Made by a program: the position numbers and the translations under genes. The notes beneath the pieces were generated by a model. It was not told where the DNA came from. It saw only the letters and a program-made list of their open reading frames with translations, and did not search any database. Below, piece after piece: positions 1-7,200 of a stretch of 26,565 bases of DNA (its first letter is position 1; every line of letters starts with the position of its first letter). Source of the DNA: a virus (lineage: Duplodnaviria > Caudoviricetes); the IMG/VR virus record IMGVR_UViG_3300049009_000656, positions 1 through 26,565 of that record. The stretch is one strand, 5' to 3'.

Positions 1-3000
1 GACCCCCACTCGCCCTTGCGGTTGAAGTTGGTGGTCAAATTCTTTGCGATGCTGGCCGCGTCAGCTGGTGATTTGCCCAGCTCTCGCGCGGCTTTGTACG
101 CAGCAAAGCGGGCTTGGGTCTCGCTGTACTGGCCAATGAATTCCAACGCGTCCAGAGTGCCCTTGGCCATGGAGTAGGCCGAGGATTTGATGGACGAGCC
201 GCCTTCCCATTCAACCAGCCTCTGCAATTCTTTTTGCATCTCTTGCTGGTCGCGGATGTGCCAGCCGCCGGTGGTTGCTCCGGCCGCGCGAAACTCTTCA
301 AACACCGGACCCGACTGTTTTGGGTTGGCGTAGTTCTTGAGGTACAGGGCTGTGCCTTTTGGACCCAGATCTGACAACGCCGAGACGGCACCGAAGCCAA
401 GGTCTTTGACCGCGTTGGTAAAACCGAAGGCCGGGTTGTACCGCGTCAGCGTGTTGCGCATCAAAGCGGTGACCCGGCCAACCGACATAGCCAGCACCCG
501 GTCAAGAGCACCGGTCTCATCTTTGGATGCGTTGCGCATCGCGCGCAGCAGCAGGGGGTCTTTGATCTTGACGTAGACTTCGTTGCCGTCGATCTTGACA
601 GAGATCGTGTCTTCGCCCTTGTCAATCAGGGTGTTGTACTTGACCTGCCCTGTTGCCCGGTCAAAGGCAGCCTTTGTGCGTTCAGCATCGATCTCCCACA
701 GACCCGGGTCTGGATTGGTTGTGGCCAGATCCAAGAACACCTTGGCCACAGAGTTGCGTTCGGCCCGGGCAACGGCGCGCTCATAATCAATGACAATGTT
801 TTCAATGATGTGCCCGGCGCGCGACTCGCGGCCAAGGGCGCGCATGGTTTCTTTGCCACGGATGTTGAACCCTTTGCCACCGACACGTGGGCCAGAAACA
901 GGACGGCCGGACTCAAGGTCTTCGTCCTCAACAAACCCGCGCAAGGGTACGTAGTCAGCGTACTGTCTTTGCAGGGCGTCGAACTGGTCCTGTGTGATCA
1001 GGCCTTCGCTCAGCAGCACGAGACGCGTTGCTTGGGTAATCTGCATAAGCTGGGCATGCAGGGCCGCAAGGTCCTTGTCTTTGCCCTCAGCTTTAAAAGC
1101 CCGCATGATGTTGTTGGCTTCGCTTGTCGTCATGCCCGAGCCTTCGCCCTTGCCAAACGTTTTGTTGCGCGCAGCAATGGCCATGTTGCGCTCAGGAGCG
1201 TGCTTGGCGTAGGCGTACAGGGCCAGATCACTGAGCTCCAAGCCTGCGGCCTTGGTGTCCTTTATCAGGGGCTTGAGGATGTCTTCTTTGAAGTCGACCA
1301 TCTGCTCTTGCAGGCGTCCGTAAGACAGCTCTTCAGCTAAGTAAACGTTTTGTGCTTCGCCCACTGTGCCGCCTTGCGCGGCCAGTACATCTTGCACGTC
1401 CTTGACCCGGGCAAAATAATCTTGCAAATTGCGTTGGACCGCGCCAGTGTAGGTCTCATCACGCAGGGTGAAGCGCTGCCCTTTGGCAGACGGCAACTGC
1501 CTTACCGAGTAGCTTGGCCCTTCAATAACGCTATCCTTTAGGAATGCGTCTTTTTGCTTAGCGCTAAACGCAATCGGTGCACCGGTGATGTCTTTGCCGT
1601 CTTCGCTGAAAGCAGCGTTCTTGGCCAACACCAAAGGGCCAATCTGAATTACTTCGTCAGCGCTCAGCACTGGGCGCATCGTGTCGCGATCGTAAAAGTA
1701 GCTGTGGCGAAATGGGTCCATGCCGACCTGTGTCCAAGCAGAGTCTTTGATAGCGGCATCAGCCCGAACCTTTGCGGCTTGGTTGCTGATGGGTTTCCAC
1801 TTGCCAAGCATGGTGGCAATTGTGCCCTTGCTTGTACCCTGTGCAATCTTGATTGCCGCTTTTTGGTTCATGCCAAAAGTTACGTCGGTCATTGCTGCTA
1901 CAGATTCGTAGCCAATGACAGTGCCTGCGTCATACGCTGCTTGCACCTCACGGTTGGTGGACTTGGGTGTGTGAATGCTGACCACCCACGAGTCGTGCTC
2001 TTGGTACGAAGGGATGTCTAAGCGCAGTTGGGCAAAGTTGCCTTTGGCCAAAGTGCCTGATGGCAAGCCATACTTGGCCGCCTTCTCCGGGCTTTGACCA
2101 CGGCCATTGGCCAAGGCATATTTAGCGTCGGCTGGTGTTGTGAGCGCAGGGACTTTTTCGTACGGATAAACCGGGCGAAGGTTGTCGACCATGGCGTTGT
2201 ATTCGTCTTGAGTAATCTTGCCTTCTTGCAAGTCGGTGACGGCTTGCTGCAATTCGTCAGTTCGCTTGAATCGATCAGAGCTGACATTGGATACGCGGCT
2301 TGCTGCTGCATTCTTTTGCTCGCGGCGGCTAAGGCTAGGTGCGATTACTTTACGGGCTACGATGCCAAGGCCAACGTCAAGCTCGGTTGCATATCGAACC
2401 GGGTTTTCTACGGGGTATAAATATTTAACGCCGCCCGGGGCAATGTCAAATTTGGAATCTTTAGGCACCAAGGTTTGGTCTCTGTATTGATCAAATTGTT
2501 TTTGAGTAGTTACTTTTATAGGCTCGCCAATTGTTACCGCGCCAATTGCTTTAGCGGGGCCGTCGCCAGTTCTAACAATAGCAACTCGTTTTCCTACATA
2601 AGGGCGAAGCGAGTCCGACGCTCTGGTTTCAAGTGTCTTTTTTCCGTCCACAATTTTGTCAGCGTATTGGTTTGTTCCGTCTTGATTGACGTTGATACCA
2701 ATGCTTTCAGCTATAATGGGGGTGTTAGTTAATAGATCGGAGGTTTCTATGTTGGTAGCTTGGATTGATTCCGAAGACTCGGGCGCTGCCTTTGTCTTTG
2801 ACGGCGCCTTCTCCGCCGTTCGATCAGCGGACGGCAACTGGACTTCTCCCAGCCCTTCGACCAACGTGCGGGACTTGTCTGCTGACGGCTTTGAAATGGC
2901 TTCCCCGGCCGAGGCAGCGGCCTTGGTTAAAGAAGCCCGGATGGCGGGTAAAGACTCTCCAGTTCGAGCCAAGTAAGCATCCCAAACGCCCTGATACAGG

Positions 3001-3725
3001 TCGCGGCTTTCTTGCATTAGTTCTTGTACTTTTTCTACGTCTTCGTCGGGCTTTAGGCTTCGGCCTTGCTCAAAGAGGTAGTGACCCTTTTCTTTCTTGG
3101 CTTTTTCTAATTCTTTGACGGGTAAATAGTACTCAACAAGTTGGCCATTTGGCATGCGTAAATCAAACGCTGCAATTCGCCAACCCCACTCGCCCGGCGA
3201 CAACACTTTTTCAGTGTCGCGTTTAATGATTTCAATGCCGGCTTTTTCCAACAGTCGGGTCACGTCTGGTAATTGGGTGACCGAATCAATGACGGTTTTA
3301 AACCGGTAGCTGTCGCGGATATGCTCAACAGCATGCCAAGGTTTCTTTGCCAGAATGGATGGCCGCGACGCCTTCTGAAGAATTTTCTCTGGCGCTTTCA
3401 CATTGTCAGACGACTTCGCTCCTGTGGCTGCGTCAATTTCAGTCATCAACTTTTTAATGATTGGTTTGTTTTCCCGGGTAAGTCGAACCAAGGTTTTTAT
3501 TTTTTCTTGCGGCGTTGCGTTGGGGTCAATTGGGTTGGTTATTTTTGATTCGTCTTGTTTAGCGCTAAACGCGATCTCACCGCCGGCTTCAGCAAGCGCG
3601 GTTGCCCGAGCAGGCAGGTACTGAGTCAGCCCGCCTTCAATCAGGAATTCTTTAAGCGCGGGTATACCCTTTATATCGATGCTCTTACCGTCAGCACCGG
3701 TGATCGTGTATGTGCAGTTTGCCAT
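1..3725 (-). CDS. Giant polyvalent virion/ejection protein 2 (partial, >1241 aa, runs off the window start): RelA/SpoT-like NTase + ASCH + uncharacterised domain + helical region of LPD38-type proteins
   Basis: Manual translation from ATG at 3725 (MANCTYTITGADGK...) is open to position 3. Motifs: NVKAPEKILQK..IRDSYRF..WGWR..VEYY..GHYLFE; GKKTLETR; MDPFRHSYFYD; YAYAKHAPERN, YVPLRG, TRYNPAF, AASIAKNLTTNFNRKGEWG, as recalled for phage large polyvalent proteins upstream of LPD38. Absent from the ORF track because there is no in-window stop. Confidence 0.9.
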   Translation of the reverse strand, partial: MANCTYTITGADGKSIDIKGIPALKEFLIEGGLTQYLPARATALAEAGGEIAFSAKQDESKITNPIDPNATPQEKIKTLVRLTRENKPIIKKLMTEIDAATGAKSSDNVKAPEKILQKASRPSILAKKPWHAVEHIRDSYRFKTVIDSVTQLPDVTRLLEKAGIEIIKRDTEKVLSPGEWGWRIAAFDLRMPNGQLVEYYLPVKELEKAKKEKGHYLFEQGRSLKPDEDVEKVQELMQESRDLYQGVWDAYLARTGESLPAIRASLTKAAASAGEAISKPSADKSRTLVEGLGEVQLPSADRTAEKAPSKTKAAPESSESIQATNIETSDLLTNTPIIAESIGINVNQDGTNQYADKIVDGKKTLETRASDSLRPYVGKRVAIVRTGDGPAKAIGAVTIGEPIKVTTQKQFDQYRDQTLVPKDSKFDIAPGGVKYLYPVENPVRYATELDVGLGIVARKVIAPSLSRREQKNAAASRVSNVSSDRFKRTDELQQAVTDLQEGKITQDEYNAMVDNLRPVYPYEKVPALTTPADAKYALANGRGQSPEKAAKYGLPSGTLAKGNFAQLRLDIPSYQEHDSWVVSIHTPKSTNREVQAAYDAGTVIGYESVAAMTDVTFGMNQKAAIKIAQGTSKGTIATMLGKWKPISNQAAKVRADAAIKDSAWTQVGMDPFRHSYFYDRDTMRPVLSADEVIQIGPLVLAKNAAFSEDGKDITGAPIAFSAKQKDAFLKDSVIEGPSYSVRQLPSAKGQRFTLRDETYTGAVQRNLQDYFARVKDVQDVLAAQGGTVGEAQNVYLAEELSYGRLQEQMVDFKEDILKPLIKDTKAAGLELSDLALYAYAKHAPERNMAIAARNKTFGKGEGSGMTTSEANNIMRAFKAEGKDKDLAALHAQLMQITQATRLVLLSEGLITQDQFDALQRQYADYVPLRGFVEDEDLESGRPVSGPRVGGKGFNIRGKETMRALGRESRAGHIIENIVIDYERAVARAERNSVAKVFLDLATTNPDPGLWEIDAERTKAAFDRATGQVKYNTLIDKGEDTISVKIDGNEVYVKIKDPLLLRAMRNASKDETGALDRVLAMSVGRVTALMRNTLTRYNPAFGFTNAVKDLGFGAVSALSDLGPKGTALYLKNYANPKQSGPVFEEFRAAGATTGGWHIRDQQEMQKELQRLVEWEGGSSIKSSAYSMAKGTLDALEFIGQYSETQARFAAYKAARELGKSPADAASIAKNLTTNFNRKGEWG
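1554..1575. repeat. Direct repeat copy 1 (encodes linker IAFSAKQ)
   Basis: ttgcttagcgctaaacgcaatc, 20/22 identical to 3555..3576; contains palindrome TTAGCGCTAA. Confidence 0.85.
2686..2744 (+). promoter_or_regulatory. Candidate antisense promoter (-10 TATAAT) and Shine-Dalgarno for the nested gene at 2749
   Basis: Perfect TATAAT at 2712-2717 and GGAGGT at 2739-2744. The -35-like hexamers TTGACG (2686, 20-nt spacer) and TTGATA (2692, 14-nt spacer) are not ideally spaced. Confidence 0.5.
2749..2976 (+). CDS. Nested antisense small protein (75 aa), candidate immunity/antitoxin for the adjacent RelA/SpoT-like domain
   Basis: ATG 2749 lies 4 nt after GGAGGT. MLVAWIDSEDSGAAFVFDGAFSAVRSADGNW...DGFEMASPAEAAALVKEARMAG looks globular, while the host frame here is a low-complexity S/A/K/P linker. 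Confidence 0.7.
   Translation: MLVAWIDSEDSGAAFVFDGAFSAVRSADGNWTSPSPSTNVRDLSADGFEMASPAEAAALVKEARMAGKDSPVRAK
3555..3576. repeat. Direct repeat copy 2 (encodes linker IAFSAKQ)
   Basis: ttgtttagcgctaaacgcgatc; contains 14-bp palindrome GTTTAGCGCTAAAC (3557-3570). Confidence 0.85.
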
Positions 3726-3729
3726 GGGT

Positions 3730-4200
3730 TTAGCCGCCCAGCTCCTGATCGATCAAGAGCATGCCTGCTTTGTCGCCATCCACTAGCTGGATGCGGGCAA
3801 GCAGGTCGCCGTACTCGCCAACGCTGGTACGCTGGAGCTCCAAAAACTGAAGCAAGAATTGCTGGACCACGGGGTCGCTACTGGTCTGGGAGTACATGTT
3901 TTTGTAGGTGTTGTACAGCTCAAGCTCCGTTTCGTAAGCCAACTCCATGGCATCAGAAAACGATTTAACCGAATCGGTCATGGCTTCAATTGACGGGACC
4001 TTGGCCACCGTGCCCACATCGTTTTGAAATTGTGCGTGCCGTTGGTAGTGATCCAGCTCGGCTTCGCTTGCACCGAGGTAACCAAGGCGCTGCACCTGAT
4101 TGGCAATGTGCTTGTACAGGTTTGCTGCGTAAAGCTCAGCGTGGATTGCGTCGTCAAGCATGCGCTTGATGTCAGCGGAGATGATCATTGTTGGTGTCAT
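3730..4200 (-). CDS. Ferritin-like protein
   Basis: Ferritin four-helix pattern: AIHAELYAANLY, EAELDHY, AYETELEL, DPVVQQFLLQFLELQ, LLIDQELG. Confidence 0.85.
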   Translation of the reverse strand: MTPTMIISADIKRMLDDAIHAELYAANLYKHIANQVQRLGYLGASEAELDHYQRHAQFQNDVGTVAKVPSIEAMTDSVKSFSDAMELAYETELELYNTYKNMYSQTSSDPVVQQFLLQFLELQRTSVGEYGDLLARIQLVDGDKAGMLLIDQELGG

Positions 4201-4209
4201 GATAGGCCC

Positions 4210-7200
4210 TTATTTGCAATTGATTTCGACTAAGCCGGCTGTGTCCAACTCGTCGAGGATGTCGAGGAAATTGTCCTGCATGTATTGAATCTGGGCTGCA
4301 TCTGACCGCCGCGCAATCATAGCTTCCGTGTTAATTTTGGCCAGCCCGCGCTTTTCTAATCCGGCGAAGAGGTCTTTGAGGGGAACTCGGGCTGCGATGA
4401 AAGTTTCCCGCTCTTCTCCTTGGATCGGGCCAGTGCGCCCAGTCGGCTGGCCAGTCTGTCCAACTGTTCCGGCGTCCTGCTTTCCAGCCACTTGTCGTGC
4501 TTGTCTTGGTCCAGATTTGGCTGCTGCGCTGATTCGTTTTTCATCAAAGCCTTCTTTCTTGAGTAGTAATTGTGCCGCACCCGCGTAGTCTTGGCTAGTT
4601 ACGGAAAGATCAACGCCCAACTTTTTGTAAAGCTCCTGCTCCGGGTACCAGATCAGGGCCTGCAAAGCGGCCGGGGGCACCCGCTTGCCGGTCTGCTGCT
4701 CAACCAAAGCCACCATCTGCCGAGTCACATCACGTAATCGCTGGCGCTCACCGCCGCTGGATGGCGAGTCGGTAGGCTTGTCAGAAGACTTGACGATCCC
4801 GTTGGACGCACCCACCAAAGCGGTCTTGATGCGTGCACCAGAGTCAAATGCTGCACGCTCTTTAATGAATTGCCGGTTGTGCAGGCTGAGTATTTTACGG
4901 GCTAAAGCGACCGCGCCCGCGTCGGTTTCTTGCGCAGCGGCCACGTCGGCTGAATCAAAATTGGCCGCGTAAACGCCTCGGTTTGAATCTCCGGTTTCGG
5001 CCAAAGCGGCACGGAGTTTGGCCACTTGCTTGGGGAACAAGACCGGGTCAAAAGCCAGCAGAGTGCCGCTGAGGCGGCCGATAGTGCGCATGAACCACAT
5101 GTCCATGGTGATCGGTTCAAAGTTGCCGGTCAAGTTGCTGTAAAAACCAAATCCAATCTTGGGTCCAAAGATGGCCGAGCCAAGCATTTTCTCGTCCATC
5201 GATTCGGCGCCGATTGGAAACCCAACGGTCTCCAATTCACGCTTGGTAAATTCGGTTTGCAAGAACCGGCGCAACAGGGTCGGGCCCATGTCAGCCATCA
5301 CCCTGTTGGCCAAGGCAAAGTTCTTAATCATGGCCGGTTCAGATTTGCCTTTGCCAATCTCAGGAAATTTGCCTGTTGTGCGGAAGCCCTCGTACTGGCT
5401 GGAAGCAAAGGTCAGGTTGGCTTCCACGTTCATTGTCTGGGAAGCAATGGCGACGGCAATCAAGAAAGCATTGCGTGCGTCAGGGTCCGTGTTCAGTTCC
5501 GGATACTTGACCGCCATGGTGCGTAACGTTTTGTCAATAGTCTCGTCGTACCATTCAACTGCGTTGCCAGCGCTTCGGATTGCGCCAACGGCCTCGGCCG
5601 CCAAAAGCTTGGCCAAGGTCGCTCGGTCTTCGGCCTTGTTAATGTCGAGGGTCGGCATGCCCGCATCGCGGTATCGCTGATCCAGCCACTGGATGGTTTC
5701 TGGAATGCCACCAATGTTGGGGGCGCGGAAGATTTTGTCCTTCACGCCACCCAACATCATGGGCAGCGCACTGGCGTTGTACTCTGCTTGGGAAAGGCCG
5801 AATGCGTCTGCAACAGAACGATAAACGCCTGTGTCTATTTTGCGCCCGCCGGTACTTTCATCTTTGGCGAGTTCGGCTTCGATGGCGGCACTGGCTTCTT
5901 CGCGGATGCGACGAGCTTCTGCCCGTTTTGCAGAAAGCTCGGGAGATTGGTTCCCTGTCTGGTTATCATAGTCATACTCCTCTTTGGCTGGGAAAGCCAT
6001 GTGGCCTTCCTTTGAATCAATTGCAAAAGGTTCCGAACGTGCGGCTAACACGCCTGTAATTTTTGATGCAAGGTCGACCATACTATCAGAAGGAACGGCC
6101 AAAACCATCTCTTGCCCAACTGTTGTGTGGCCACTGATGTTTTCTGGCGAAACCTTCCGCAGTTCTTGGTAGATCGCATGAACCGATTTCTCGTCGGCCA
6201 TGTTTTCCGGCAACGTGATCGTAATCAAACCAGTGGGAAATGAGCCCTCAAAAGGTTTGGAATCCAAAACCAGCATGCTGTCTTGGGCTAAACCAAACCC
6301 GCCCAGACGCGCAACGTCCATGAGCTGCTGAGCGGATGCCGTGCTCGGAACAATTGCCGCAAACGAGGGGCTGGTGTCTTCAAGGTACCCGCCCAGTTGC
6401 GTAGTCATCTTCGCCCTGACGCCGGCAAGTTTGAACACTTGAGGCATGATTTTCTCAGCAACCCTTTGGCTGATTTCAATCTTGCGCTCAAAAGGGACCG
6501 CGTCCCAGCGCGCCTTGAGCTCAGCGTTGTTTGGATCAGGGGCGACCTCAAACATAACCCTAGCAGGCGCAACCTTTTGAGGTTTACTAAACCTGACGTC
6601 GCTGCCGATGCGCTCCATCTCTGCGTTGGCCGCATCGCGCGACGTTGTCGGGATCTCTAAATTGCCAAAGGCAATGCGGGAGCCCGGTACTCGGGAGACG
6701 TCGATGGCCGCCAGTTCTTTGGAAAGAAAAGCCTGCTTCAGTTTTGTTGGCTCGGCCGGTGCTGGCGCAGGGGCCCCGGCCACACGGCCCAAAGATACTA
6801 CGGGTACAGCGGAGTGGCGCGGGCCCAGCAGCACAACGGCTGCTTGATTGTTTCCAAAGGGTGCAATGTACCCGTCAAAGCCGCCATTGATTACTGCGGA
6901 TTCAAAGGCGTTGAAGTTGCCTTTAACCGGGAGTTTTTGCGTTTTGGGATCGTAGATGTTGTTGAGTCGGACTTCATGGGCGATGCCTCCGACTCCGGAC
7001 TCGGGGCGGACGCCTGCGCCTTGATCAACATAGAAGTAAACGCGGTTTTTGAGGCGAGGATCTGGGCTACCGTCCAGTCGATCGCGCTCTGCACCTTTGA
7101 GGCCAGTCCCATAATAAGCTCCATTTAACGAAGTGCGGGCTTCGGTTGAGTAGTGCCGGCCGATAACGGAGATGGCACCTTCGCGGGCGGTTCCGTACTC

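Noticed and set aside
35-2500. Many short ORFs on both strands in the ORF track (e.g. 810..1340, 1554..2021, 2018..2311)
   Set aside because: They are shadows of the long minus-strand gene <1..3725, with no convincing SD or protein-like composition
2686-2748. Longer TTG start for the nested antisense ORF (96 aa)
   Set aside because: The SD and -10 positions support ATG 2749 instead
4328-5680. Plus-strand ORFs 4328..4588, 5026..5526 and 5159..5680
   Set aside because: Typical antisense shadows over conserved-looking host coding sequence; no SD
6397-6890. Possible nested partner gene after the ART-like domain (6608..6847 +, 6405..6635 -)
   Set aside because: No SD before the starts; composition is shadow-like
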